The notes beneath the pieces are model-generated. The model saw only the letters and a program-made list of their open reading frames with translations. It had not been told where the DNA came from and did not search any database. A stretch of 64,000 bases of DNA, taken from the NCBI GenBank assembly GCA_965221325.1, contig OZ244880.1, one strand, 5' to 3'. The position numbers and the translations under genes were made by a program. Positions 49,993-62,372 of this stretch are shown here, one piece after another (position 1 is the stretch's first letter; each line of letters begins with the position of its first letter). Source of the DNA: Candidatus Foliamicus sp. (GTDB lineage Bacteria > Pseudomonadota > Gammaproteobacteria > Steroidobacterales > Foliamicaceae).

Positions 49993-52332
49993 ATGAATTC
50001 CAAGGCCAAGTTTTTGCCGACAACCAGCCCGATTGCGCTGATTGCTGCATTATTCGCCGTCAACGCGGCGCAGGCGCAGGGCGCGCTGGAGGAAATCGTG
50101 GTCACCGCGCAAAAGCGCGATCAGAGCCTGCAGGACGTATCGGTGGCGGTTACCGCCGTGTCCGGCGACGAATTGAAGGCCTTGGGCATCACCGATTCGT
50201 TCCGGCTGGAAATACTGGCGCCGGGATTGCAGTTAGGCATGTCCGGCGCGGACCCGCGGCCCGCATTGCGCGGCGCCCGCACCCAGCAGGTGGAAGCCAA
50301 CGATGTCGCCATTTCCTTCTATACCGACGGCCTTTACCGTCCGCGCCACGGGCAGGCCCTGGCAGGCTTTGTGGATGTGGACCGCGTCGAAGTGTTGCGC
50401 GGACCGCAGGGCACGCTGTTCGGGCGCAACTCCTTCGGCGGGCTGATTCACGTCATCAGCAACCGGCCTGATCCTTCCGCCACGGATTACGGCTTCGCTC
50501 TGTCCGGCGGCGACTATTCGCTGGCCGGCTTCGACGGTTTTTTCAATGCGCCCTTGAGCGACAACTCCGCGGTGCGCCTGGCGCTGAAGACGGAAACGCG
50601 CGACCCGTTCGTGCAGAACATCACGATCGGCGACGACGGCGGCCTCAAGGACGCCGATATGACCTACTTTCGCGGCCAGCTTTCGTTTGCGCCCAGCGAC
50701 GCCATGGACCTGCTGTTCCGCGTTGAGAGCTGGCAGGACGATTCCAACGGCAATGGTCATTTCGGCTACTATCCGGAGGGCGTTCCGGTAAATTTGAACA
50801 CCGGTCTGACCAATGGCGTGTCCGGCACCATGCGGCCGCGCATCGGGCGCTCCGACGAATGCGCGGGCACCTGTGGACGCTATGGCGCCGGATTTGATTT
50901 CGTCGCGACGCCTGGGCTTGATACGGCCGCGCCGGTGACCGGTGACCCCTACAGGATTGCCGACGACACGCCGCCGGAGCGAGACCTTTCCGAACTTACA
51001 CTGGCGGGCGATCTGAACTGGGCGCTGGATTTCGCCGACCTGAAGGTAACGGTCGCCTACATGGACTACGAGGAATATCGCTGGGCCGATTGTGACATGT
51101 CCGCCTATCAGACCACGGCCTGCGGCAACGACATCACGTCCGAAACCAACATGCAGGAATTCCAGCTCACCTCCAACTCCGATGGCGCCCTGGAATGGGT
51201 CGTTGGCGTGTTCCTGCTGCAGGAAGACATGACCAACGCATTTCTCTGGGAAGACTTCGCTTCCGTCGTGGACAACACGCCGGTAAGCCCGCCGGACATC
51301 AACGCGCACGCCACATGGACCAACCAGATCCGGGTCGATACTTCATCCGCCGCGGGATACGGACAGGCTTCGTATGCCGTCACCGACGCCACGCGCGTGC
51401 TGGCCGGAGTGCGCTACACGAGCGATGAGCGCGACTGGCAGATTTACGGCCAGGACCCGAACAACACTTCGACCTACTCGTTTACCGTGCTGGAAGTGCC
51501 CGACGGCGAGGGTGACTGGAGCGAGGTCACCTGGAAGGCCGGCGTGGAGCTTGATACGAGCGAAGACACGATGCTCTATTTCACCGTGTCCACGGGCTTT
51601 CTGGCCGGTAACCAGCAGGGCGCTTTCCAGGGCACGAACTCGTACGACGAGCAGACGGTCACCGCCTACGAAGCCGGCGCCAAGAGCTTGCTGGCGGACG
51701 GTCGAGTGCGGCTCAACGCCTCGCTTTACATGAACCAGTTCGAAGACCTGCTCTCGACGCGCTTCGTCGATACCGGCGTGACCACGCTGGCCTTCACCGA
51801 CAACTCCGGCGCTATCGACGCTGTAGGCCTGGAAGTGGAAATGGACTGGGCCGTTACCGACCAGTTGCAGTTGGGCGCAAGGATGGCTGTCCAGCAAGCC
51901 GAGTATGGCGACTTCGTTTTGCCCAATGTGTACCAGGAGGGTGGTCAAACGATAAGAGGCACGGACAATCACTTCCAACTGGACGGTCTTCAGGTGCAGA
52001 ACTCGCCCGACTTCACGGCCACGCTGCTGGGCAGCTACACGGCGGACCTGGCGGGAGCCGGCACGTTGATTCCGGCTATTACCCTCTACTATTCGTCTGA
52101 CTACCGGGTGGACGACTCGAACTGGTTCTACGGCAATCAGGAAGCGTTCACCAAGACGGACTTGAGCCTGACCTGGGTTTCCATCAGTCAGGACTGGACC
52201 GCCCGCTTGTGGGTCAACAACATCGAAGACGAAGCCACCCTTCTCAAGGCGACGCGCTTCGGCGGCGACCTCGCGGTAACGGATTACGCCAACCCGCGGA
52301 TGTGGGGCCTTACTGTGGGCTACCGCTACTAG
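49993..52332 (+). CDS. TonB-dependent receptor
   Basis: Signal peptide MNSKAKFLPTTSPIALIAALFAVNAAQA, plug start LEEIVVTAQKRDQSLQD, barrel region, and terminal VGYRY. The track start at 49819 is too far upstream. Confidence 0.9.
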   Translation: MNSKAKFLPTTSPIALIAALFAVNAAQAQGALEEIVVTAQKRDQSLQDVSVAVTAVSGDELKALGITDSFRLEILAPGLQLGMSGADPRPALRGARTQQVEANDVAISFYTDGLYRPRHGQALAGFVDVDRVEVLRGPQGTLFGRNSFGGLIHVISNRPDPSATDYGFALSGGDYSLAGFDGFFNAPLSDNSAVRLALKTETRDPFVQNITIGDDGGLKDADMTYFRGQLSFAPSDAMDLLFRVESWQDDSNGNGHFGYYPEGVPVNLNTGLTNGVSGTMRPRIGRSDECAGTCGRYGAGFDFVATPGLDTAAPVTGDPYRIADDTPPERDLSELTLAGDLNWALDFADLKVTVAYMDYEEYRWADCDMSAYQTTACGNDITSETNMQEFQLTSNSDGALEWVVGVFLLQEDMTNAFLWEDFASVVDNTPVSPPDINAHATWTNQIRVDTSSAAGYGQASYAVTDATRVLAGVRYTSDERDWQIYGQDPNNTSTYSFTVLEVPDGEGDWSEVTWKAGVELDTSEDTMLYFTVSTGFLAGNQQGAFQGTNSYDEQTVTAYEAGAKSLLADGRVRLNASLYMNQFEDLLSTRFVDTGVTTLAFTDNSGAIDAVGLEVEMDWAVTDQLQLGARMAVQQAEYGDFVLPNVYQEGGQTIRGTDNHFQLDGLQVQNSPDFTATLLGSYTADLAGAGTLIPAITLYYSSDYRVDDSNWFYGNQEAFTKTDLSLTWVSISQDWTARLWVNNIEDEATLLKATRFGGDLAVTDYANPRMWGLTVGYRY

Positions 52333-52352
52333 TCCGCTTTGCCGTTTTCGAA

Positions 52353-52390
52353 AGACCGGGTTCTGCCATGGCGGAGCCCGGTCTTTTTTT
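52353..52390 (+). terminator. rho-independent terminator
   Basis: agaccggg (52353-52360) pairs with cccggtct (52377-52384), followed by a run of T to 52390, 20 nt after the TBDR stop. Confidence 0.7.
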
Positions 52391-52442
52391 GCGCCCAAGC
52401 GCAGACTTGCATGTCTGGCCAGACCGGAACGCGGGCTAGCGG

Positions 52443-54053
52443 ATGATCGAATTCGGCGCGCTCAACTGGACGATTGTCGGCGCTTACCTGGCCGGCACGC
52501 TGGTGCTCGGCGCCTTCCTGAGCAAGCGCGTTCAAACCGCCCAGCACTACTACCTGGGACAGCGCACAACCCCCTGGTGGGTTATCGGCGTGTCCGTGGT
52601 GGCTACCTATTTCGGCGCCATCACGTTCCTGGGCGGGCCGGCCTGGTCGTACAAGGACGGCTTCGCGGTGATCTTCATCCACATCAACTACCCGATCGTT
52701 ATCTTCATCGTCAACGCGCTATTCCTGCCATTCTTCTACAACACCGGCGTCGCCTCGATCTTCGACTACCTGGAGCGCCGTTTCGGACTGGCCTCGCGGA
52801 CGCTCATGTCGGCCGTATTCCTGTTCGGCAACATCGCCTACTCCGGAATCATGCTCTACACCACCGCGCTGGTGCTGCAGCTCATCACCGGCATGGATGT
52901 GGTCAACGCCATTCTCGTTATCGCGGTGGTTGCCGTTACCTACACGATGCTCGGCGGGATTTCTGCCGTGATATGGACCGACCTGATCCAGAGCGCCGTG
53001 CTGTTCATTGGGGCGGCGGTTGTCATGGTCATGCTGGTCGGCGGGCTGCCCGACGGTTTCCTGGGCTCGTTGCAGGGGCTGAAGGAAATGGGCAGGGCCA
53101 ATCCGTTCGAATACAGCTTCGATCCATCGGTAGTCGCCACCATCTGGACCGGCGTCATCGCCATGTCGGTGTATCACGTCGTGGTTTACGGAGTGAACCA
53201 GATGATGATCCAGCGCACGCTGGCAGCCAGGACGTTGGGCGACGCAAAGAAAGCCTATGCCTTCATGGGCTATGCAGCGTTTCTCGTTTACGTCGTTTTC
53301 TTTCTGATCGGGATTCTTCTTTACAGCTACTACGGCGGCAGGGATTTCGATAACGACAACCGCATTGTCCTGGACTTCGTAAACACCATAGGCCTGCCGG
53401 GCCTGATGGGCGTGATTACGGCGGCCATCGTGGCGGCGGCGATGTCCAGTCTGGATTCGAGCCTCAACTCGATGGCCACCGTCACCACGCTCGACTTCTA
53501 CGAGAAATTTTTCAGGAAAGGCGCATCGCCAGAACACTACCTGCGGGCATCGCGCTGGTTCACGCTGATGTGGGGCGTCCTGACGGTGGCGCCGGCCATT
53601 ATCGTGGCGCAGCGGGCCGACATATCGGTTCTGGAGATCCTGAGCAAGGTCGGCGTGTTCCTGGTGGGCTCGAAGCTGGCCATGTTCGGGCTGGGCTTCT
53701 ACTCCAAGCACGCGACGCAAAAGGGCGTAATTGCGGGCGTGGTGGCGGGATTCGCCGCGCTTTGGTATGTCGAAACCTTCCTGGACGTGGCCTGGCCCTG
53801 GTATGCCGTGCTGGGAGGCGTCGTCAGCATTGGCGTCTCGCTGTTGGCAAGCCTGCTCCTGGATGGCCGCCAGAAGCAATACTCGCTCTGGACGGTGCAG
53901 GGTCAGAAGGCCGAGTTCGCACGCAAGGGCTTGCCCGAGAAGAAAGACGGCTGGTACGTGATTCCCGGCAAGATCGACCGATCGAGCTGGTTCCTGCTGG
54001 TCTATTTCGCCTTCTGCGTGGTGGCGCTGGCGGTGGTTTACGGGTTGATCTGA
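52443..54053 (+). CDS. sodium:solute symporter (SSS) family transporter
   Basis: 536 aa, about 13-14 TM segments. N-terminal pattern NWTIVGAYLAGTLVLGAFLSKR...YYLGQR...WWVIGVSVVATYFGAITFLG is typical of SSS. Confidence 0.9.
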   Translation: MIEFGALNWTIVGAYLAGTLVLGAFLSKRVQTAQHYYLGQRTTPWWVIGVSVVATYFGAITFLGGPAWSYKDGFAVIFIHINYPIVIFIVNALFLPFFYNTGVASIFDYLERRFGLASRTLMSAVFLFGNIAYSGIMLYTTALVLQLITGMDVVNAILVIAVVAVTYTMLGGISAVIWTDLIQSAVLFIGAAVVMVMLVGGLPDGFLGSLQGLKEMGRANPFEYSFDPSVVATIWTGVIAMSVYHVVVYGVNQMMIQRTLAARTLGDAKKAYAFMGYAAFLVYVVFFLIGILLYSYYGGRDFDNDNRIVLDFVNTIGLPGLMGVITAAIVAAAMSSLDSSLNSMATVTTLDFYEKFFRKGASPEHYLRASRWFTLMWGVLTVAPAIIVAQRADISVLEILSKVGVFLVGSKLAMFGLGFYSKHATQKGVIAGVVAGFAALWYVETFLDVAWPWYAVLGGVVSIGVSLLASLLLDGRQKQYSLWTVQGQKAEFARKGLPEKKDGWYVIPGKIDRSSWFLLVYFAFCVVALAVVYGLI

Positions 54054-54059
54054 CCCGCT

Positions 54060-55094
54060 TCAGGGTAGCCTGAGCGCGATTCCGGCTTCCCGAAATACAT
54101 CGAATTCCAGTTGCAGGAGCATATCCACGAGGTCGATGAGAACCCAGTTTTCGGCCAGGACGTCCCCACTCCGCCGCCAGATGTCACAGAGGCGAACGGT
54201 GAACATCTGCCCCTTGCCCTCCACACCCAGCCACGGGCGCACCAGGAAGCCGCCGTGCGATGGCCACCCTCCACAGGCCACGTACGCGCCATCCGCAAAG
54301 CGGGCGTAATGCCCCTTTACGCGCTCGTCGAGTTGCGCATCGCCGGATTTGCGAAACGCGCTGGAGAACCTGCCGGGCGCGAAGACTCCTTCGTAAGGCA
54401 ATTGAAACCGGCAAAAGCCCTCCATGCCGAAATAGCTGCCGTATCCCGACGGCCCGTACCAGCACATATTGGGGCTCCAGTAGGGCCTCCAGCCCTCCTC
54501 TTCCGTCCATAGTTCCGCAAGCATGTCCTCGACTGTCTTGAGGCTCGTCCGCGATTGGTTCGGATCCTGCTCCGAACGGAGCATTCCATCGCCGGTGGCC
54601 GGCCCCGGAACGAATCCCTCGTGCCCCATGCTGGGCGGCAGCGGCCAACTCCCGAGCTGCCGCAAGAGATCCAGCATGTCCCAATAGAGGTAGCTCTCTA
54701 CCGAACGGCCCGCCTCCATGCGATGGAATTCCGCATAGTGCAGCCAGGTGGCTTGGCCGTGCGCCGGGATGCCCATCCAGTCTTCAACGAATTCGCCCAT
54801 GTAGTGGCCGTGACTGACCACCCACTCGGACCCTTGGCGTTCGCCCCCGAAAAGCATGTCGCTGCGCCGATGCAGGTAGCGAAAGGAATGCGAAAGGGGT
54901 TTCACCACGCGCTCGATAAACTGTTCGGCGCCATCCACCCGGTTGATGGGTTGCACCACGTTGACCGTTGCTTGCGGGTGCAGGAATGTGCGCAGCGCGG
55001 ATCGCACGCGCACTGGATCGCCGTACGCATAGTCGGCAACAAGCTCGGCGTAGCGCTGCTTGTTGCGCAGCGTGGTCCCGGTGGCGATGCCCAT
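54060..55094 (-). CDS. double SnoaL-like/NTF2-fold protein, group B
   Basis: WMGIPAHGQATWLHYAEF...MLDLLRQLG in the first half. The second half ends MFTVRLCDIWRRSGDVLAENWVLID. Its ATG abuts the upstream gene's stop (TGAATG). Confidence 0.8.
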   Translation of the reverse strand: MGIATGTTLRNKQRYAELVADYAYGDPVRVRSALRTFLHPQATVNVVQPINRVDGAEQFIERVVKPLSHSFRYLHRRSDMLFGGERQGSEWVVSHGHYMGEFVEDWMGIPAHGQATWLHYAEFHRMEAGRSVESYLYWDMLDLLRQLGSWPLPPSMGHEGFVPGPATGDGMLRSEQDPNQSRTSLKTVEDMLAELWTEEEGWRPYWSPNMCWYGPSGYGSYFGMEGFCRFQLPYEGVFAPGRFSSAFRKSGDAQLDERVKGHYARFADGAYVACGGWPSHGGFLVRPWLGVEGKGQMFTVRLCDIWRRSGDVLAENWVLIDLVDMLLQLEFDVFREAGIALRLP

Positions 55095-56138
55095 TCAGGT
55101 GCGGGTGATTGAGCGGACGCGGCCCAGCAAGTCCACGCCCAGCGGCAGAAGGTAGTGCAGCATGTCGATGAATACCCAGTTCTCGGCCAGCTTGTCACCG
55201 TCGCGCCGGTAGATGTCCACCACACGCATCTCGGTGGGACGATCCGAGGCCGGCAGGCCCATGAAGCCAGCGCCCTGCTTGAGCTCCAGATTGGGCCAGC
55301 CGAACCAGCCGCCATAGCAGCCCTCGGCGTGCTCCAGGACATGACCATTGAACACGATGTCGTTCAAACCCTCGCGGAAGGGCCCTTGGTGCTGAACCTG
55401 GTAGCGCGCAATGGTGTAGGTGGAACCTATGCCGGCCGGGCCGAACCAGATCATGTCCTCATGCCACGTGGAAGCAAGCGAGGCATTGGGCGACTGGAAG
55501 CCGTCCTTGTCCACGAGATCGTCGCACATACGCAGTATGAGTTGCAGGGTTTTTCTGGAATCCGCCTCGTCTTGAGGCTCCAGCAGGATGCCGTCCTGGG
55601 TGCGGGGTGGCGGATGCAGGACGGGGGAGCCGGTCTGCATCGGCAGGGGATTGAGCCCGGCCTGCTGCATCAAGCTGACGATGTCGCAAAACAGCGCAGT
55701 TTCGGCGATCTTGCCCCCCTCGATGCGAAAGAACTCGCAGTAGGGCAGCATGGCGACCTTGCCGGTGGAAGGGATGCCCAGCCAGTGATTGTCGAACAAG
55801 CCGAAGAACTTGCCCATGCTGGTGACCCAAAGAGTTCCGTCGAGCCCGTTGGGGCCCGCCATGAATATCTCCTGGCGCCGCTGCATGCGCGGAAACGCTG
55901 CCCGCAAGGGCTCCCACACCGTCTCGGAAATTGCCGACGCACCCTCGATTTCATTGAACGGATGCACGCCGCGGAAAGTCAGCCCGTCGTGGGCATACTT
56001 GGTGATTACGTCACCAATCCGGCCCGGGCGGGCACTCTCGAACGCGTGGAAGTAGTCCAGAACGCAAGCTTTCGCCCGCGCAATGTCGCTTCGGCGCACT
56101 CCCTTGCGATCCCCCGCCCGATTCGCGACGCCGGCCAT
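55095..56138 (-). CDS. double SnoaL-like/NTF2-fold protein, group B
   Basis: AFPRMQRR...WLGIPSTGKVAMLPYCEF...IVSLMQQAG in the first half. The second half ends PTEMRVVDIYRRDGDKLAENWVFID. Confidence 0.8.
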   Translation of the reverse strand: MAGVANRAGDRKGVRRSDIARAKACVLDYFHAFESARPGRIGDVITKYAHDGLTFRGVHPFNEIEGASAISETVWEPLRAAFPRMQRRQEIFMAGPNGLDGTLWVTSMGKFFGLFDNHWLGIPSTGKVAMLPYCEFFRIEGGKIAETALFCDIVSLMQQAGLNPLPMQTGSPVLHPPPRTQDGILLEPQDEADSRKTLQLILRMCDDLVDKDGFQSPNASLASTWHEDMIWFGPAGIGSTYTIARYQVQHQGPFREGLNDIVFNGHVLEHAEGCYGGWFGWPNLELKQGAGFMGLPASDRPTEMRVVDIYRRDGDKLAENWVFIDMLHYLLPLGVDLLGRVRSITRT

Positions 56139-56159
56139 CCACTCGACGCCGCTTGCCGG

Positions 56160-58505
56160 TCAGAAGCTGTAACTCAGGTTTACGCCAAAGTGCCGCCCGC
56201 GGTTAAGGTTGGCCAACTGGGCATACGGGAATGTGAAGTCGCCCGTGGTCAGATCAAAGCGCGCGAAGCGGCGCAGATCGCGGAAACGGAACGACCCGGC
56301 CAGAGTGCGGTCATCCAGGATGTTGTTGACGTAGGCCGTGAGCTTCCAGTTGTCGCTCTGCAGCCCGGTGCGCAAGTTCCACTTGTATTCCCAGCCGAGG
56401 TAGGACAGGTTGTAGATTTCCGACCAGCGCTTTCCGATCATGTTCAGATCGGTGCGCGCGAAGAAATCCCAGCCGCTGAATGCGCCCGGCCTGTTGTAGT
56501 CGGCCGAGAGCTGAATCTGCCAGTCCGGATAGCGATAGGGCTCGTTGCCGGCAAGGTCGGGATCTACACCTAGCTGCGGCGCGAAGGTTTCTTCCACGAA
56601 GAACTTGTACTCCGGAGCCGCGTAACCGATAGACCCGGAGAAAAGCCAGTTCTCCGTTGCCAGAAAGCTGGTTTCCAGCTCCACTCCATAGACCTCCGTC
56701 TCGCCCGCATTGGTGGTAATGGTCGAATCCTGTCCCTGGGCGTCCAGGAACGTCTGGCGGATCTGCTGATTCGACCAGTCCAGGTAGTAAACCGCCGCAT
56801 TGAGCAGCACCCTGCCGTCCATCCACAGCGTCTTGGCGCCCAACTCGTAGTTCCAGATGGTTTCTTCCTTCACGGTGGGTTCCACGCCGAGGTTCCCCGC
56901 CACCGCGCGGTTGTTGAAGAAGCCGGGCTTGTTCCCCTGCGAAATTACGCCGTAGAGCGTCATGTCCTCGTCGGGTTTGTAATCCACGATGAAACGCGGC
57001 AGCACCCGTTCGAAACTCGCCGTGTCGAACCGGAACGCATCCACATCCTCGTTCGAGCCCAGCCCCGGAACCTCGGGCGGCGTCTGCGGGTCGAACTCCG
57101 CAGTGGATTCCCGCACATCGTCCTCCTGCCAGCGTACGTCCAGACCCATGGAAAGCTGGTCGTTCAGGTCGTAAGTCACACTGCCGAATACGGACACGTT
57201 CTCGATGTGGCGAGAGCTCTCGGCCCGCCCAAACGGGCGCGAGGGAGACAGCCGCAGGTTGCGGCCCAGGATATCGTGCTCGTAGTACGACACACCCGCG
57301 AAAGCCGTCAGGCGATCCGACCCGGGTGCCCTGACCTTGAACTCCAGGCTCATGTCCTGGAAACCCTGATAGGACCTGTTGGCCTCCACAAGTCCGACAC
57401 TTCCGAACACCAATCCGCCCGTGCCGCCAAGGCCGTTGGGCACGCCGATGCTGTCATCGTAACTTGCGTCCAGGATCGTATCTACGGTTTGCTGATTAGA
57501 GCCGGCACGCAGCTCGAACGTCCAGTCGTTGCGGGTTACGTAATCCAACTGCGCGGTGTAGCGGCGCGTAGTCTGGAGCTGGCCCACAGGCTCCCCGAAA
57601 CGCTCGGCCACCCGTTTGTTGTTCTGCTCGACGGTGTCCAGATCGGACGGCAGCTCGCCGCATATGTAGCCCAGGGGTATGCTGGAGTTGTAGAACAGGC
57701 AGTTGTCCAGCGACTCCGGCAGGCTGAGCGTTGGCGGTGCGCCGTCATCGTCTTCCGCCCACGAGCCGAACAGCGTGACGGTGAGTTGGTCGTTGGGCTC
57801 CCAAAGCAACTTGCCCGATATGGCTTGGGTCCTCTCGTCGCCGACCGTGGCGTTGTCCTCCAGAGCGGCGACATTGGTCCACTCGCCGCCGAACTCGTAG
57901 TAGCGGGCGCTCACCAGGGCCTTCAAGGTGTCGGTGCCGAACAGCGGACCGGAAACTGTCACAGCCGTATCGGAGCGGCTGTGCTCGCCCAGATCGAAAA
58001 TGGCGTCGAATTCCAGCTCGTCGCCCGGCGACTTGGTGATGTAATTGACGGCGCCGCCGAAGGTGGCGCGGCCGAACAGGGCCGACTGCGGGCCCTTGAT
58101 CACTTCGACCCGTTCAATGTTGTTGAAGCCGAAGGTGGCCGCCGTGCCGAGAACGAAAAACCCGTCCACGAACACCGAGGAGTTTTGGCGGTCAACCACC
58201 GACGTGTTCACGACCAGGCCGCGGAAATAAGGATTGGCGTCGCGCCCGCCCACCGTTTCGGTGTAGAACCCGGGCGTATAGTCCGCCAAGTCGAGAATGT
58301 CATTGACGCCGCGGTCGTAAATGTTTTCATTGGTGAGCGCGGTGACCGTCAGCGGCAGAGATTGCAGGTTCTCTTCGCGCTTGCGCGCGGTGACGATGAT
58401 CTCTTCCAGGGCAAGCTCCTGGGCAAATGAAGGCGGAGAGTCGTATGCGATGGCAATCAATGCCGCGATTCCCGCAGACGCGAATAGTCTGATGCTTCTG
58501 GTCAT
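56160..58505 (-). CDS. TonB-dependent receptor
   Basis: ATG 58505 is preceded by GGGAGGAGG. Signal peptide MTRSIRLFASAGIAALIAIA, plug start LEEIIVTARKREENLQS, terminal NLSYSF. The track ORF extension to 58778 runs into the 5S rRNA and is spurious. Confidence 0.9.
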   Translation of the reverse strand: MTRSIRLFASAGIAALIAIAYDSPPSFAQELALEEIIVTARKREENLQSLPLTVTALTNENIYDRGVNDILDLADYTPGFYTETVGGRDANPYFRGLVVNTSVVDRQNSSVFVDGFFVLGTAATFGFNNIERVEVIKGPQSALFGRATFGGAVNYITKSPGDELEFDAIFDLGEHSRSDTAVTVSGPLFGTDTLKALVSARYYEFGGEWTNVAALEDNATVGDERTQAISGKLLWEPNDQLTVTLFGSWAEDDDGAPPTLSLPESLDNCLFYNSSIPLGYICGELPSDLDTVEQNNKRVAERFGEPVGQLQTTRRYTAQLDYVTRNDWTFELRAGSNQQTVDTILDASYDDSIGVPNGLGGTGGLVFGSVGLVEANRSYQGFQDMSLEFKVRAPGSDRLTAFAGVSYYEHDILGRNLRLSPSRPFGRAESSRHIENVSVFGSVTYDLNDQLSMGLDVRWQEDDVRESTAEFDPQTPPEVPGLGSNEDVDAFRFDTASFERVLPRFIVDYKPDEDMTLYGVISQGNKPGFFNNRAVAGNLGVEPTVKEETIWNYELGAKTLWMDGRVLLNAAVYYLDWSNQQIRQTFLDAQGQDSTITTNAGETEVYGVELETSFLATENWLFSGSIGYAAPEYKFFVEETFAPQLGVDPDLAGNEPYRYPDWQIQLSADYNRPGAFSGWDFFARTDLNMIGKRWSEIYNLSYLGWEYKWNLRTGLQSDNWKLTAYVNNILDDRTLAGSFRFRDLRRFARFDLTTGDFTFPYAQLANLNRGRHFGVNLSYSF

Positions 58506-58530
58506 TGGCTGAAGCCTCCTCCCGTGGTTG

Positions 58531-58554
58531 CGCCAAGGAGCCATCTCCTTGGCG
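58531..58554 (-). terminator. hairpin downstream of 5S rRNA (weak terminator candidate, no U tract)
   Basis: cgccaaggag-ccat-ctccttggcg: a 10-bp perfect stem with a 4-nt loop, located between the 5S 3' end and the TBDR ribosome-binding site. Confidence 0.4.
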
Positions 58555-58604
58555 GTGCGCTGCGCGAGAGCGCTATGCCCCCGCTTCGCGCAGCCTTGAA
58601 TAGA

Positions 58605-58721
58605 TGCCTGGCGGTGACCTACTCTCGCGCGGGGAAACCCCGAACTACCATCGGCGCTGGACGTTTTCACTTCCGAGTTCGGAATGGAATCGGGTGGGAC
58701 CCGTCCGCTATCGCCACCAGG
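58605..58721 (-). rRNA. rrf: 5S ribosomal RNA
   Basis: The reverse complement reads gcctggtggcgatagcgg...ccgaactcggaagtgaaa...gccgatggtag...gagagtaggtcaccgccaggcat, colinear with bacterial 5S. Ends are approximate to a few nt. Confidence 0.9.
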
Positions 58722-58876
58722 CGGAAAAAGTGGCGCGTCCCGGTTTGCCGGGACGCGCCCAGGAATTGTTCCATGCATCGTTGAGCCAACCCGAACTCGC
58801 CGCTAGGGGCAAACCGCCCCTGCGCTCGCCGGGCCGCAATGTTTGCGTGTTGAACGCGGGAATGCTTCGGTGTGAC

Positions 58877-61792
<2,916 letters not shown>

Positions 61793-61980
61793 ACGTCACC
61801 CGAAACATTCCCGTTGAAGAAACGATCGGGGCGTGTGAAATAACCACGCGAATGCAGTTCCCACAAGTTCAACAATGCCCGGCAAGCGCTTGGCCCTGAG
61901 CGGGCCTGGCTTGCCGTATGCAATGGAACAATCCTGTTTGTAAACGAGCTGCATGGCCGTTTCGGCCATGCAAGAAAATC

Positions 61981-62056
61981 TGGTGGAGCTGATCGGGTTC
62001 GAACCGACGACCTTCTGCTTGCAAAGCAGACGCTCTCCCGGCTGAGCTACAGCCCC
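61981..62056 (-). tRNA. tRNA-Ala (anticodon UGC)
   Basis: Reverse complement GGGGCTGTAGCTCAGCCGGGAGAGCGTCTGCTTTGCAAGCAGAAGGTCGTCGGTTCGAACCCGATCAGCTCCACCA: cloverleaf, G3:U70 pair, encoded CCA. Confidence 0.97.
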
Positions 62057-62119
62057 GGGGGCCGGCGGAAAGGCCGTTTGAAGGTTCGGCCGCTCCTTCG
62101 CTGGCGGTCTGCACTCGAT

Positions 62120-62196
<77 letters not shown>

Positions 62197-62295
62197 GCGC
62201 TCAATACACACACAACGGCTGCCGTCAGCTATGGGCCGGGCACGGCTTTTCAGCCGGCGTCTTGGCGAAGCGGACGCGCGCAATTTTGTGTGCCG

Positions 62296-62308
62296 TTGTG
62301 AAAGAACA
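62296..62308 (-). promoter_or_regulatory. boxA-like antitermination element in rRNA leader
   Basis: The minus strand reads TGTTCTTTCACAA, matching 11 of 13 positions of the boxA consensus TGCTCTTTAACAA. It lies between the promoter and tRNA-Ile. Confidence 0.5.
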
Positions 62309-62344
62309 AAATCGCTGACGCGCCCATGCGCCAGCGGATTGCCA

Positions 62345-62372
62345 ATTGTAGGGGAATTCTGCTGCTCGTCAA
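62345..62372 (-). promoter_or_regulatory. strong sigma70-type promoter of the tRNA-23S-5S operon
   Basis: The minus strand reads TTGACG-N16-TACAAT with a moderately AT-rich upstream flank (atctagta). The predicted start near 62337 is about 140 nt upstream of tRNA-Ile. Confidence 0.6.

Noticed and set aside
58506-58778. N-terminal 91-aa extension of track ORF 56160-58778 (TBDR).
   Set aside because: The extension runs through the 5S rRNA gene. A strong SD plus ATG at 58505 gives a normal signal peptide, so the extension is a reading-frame artefact.
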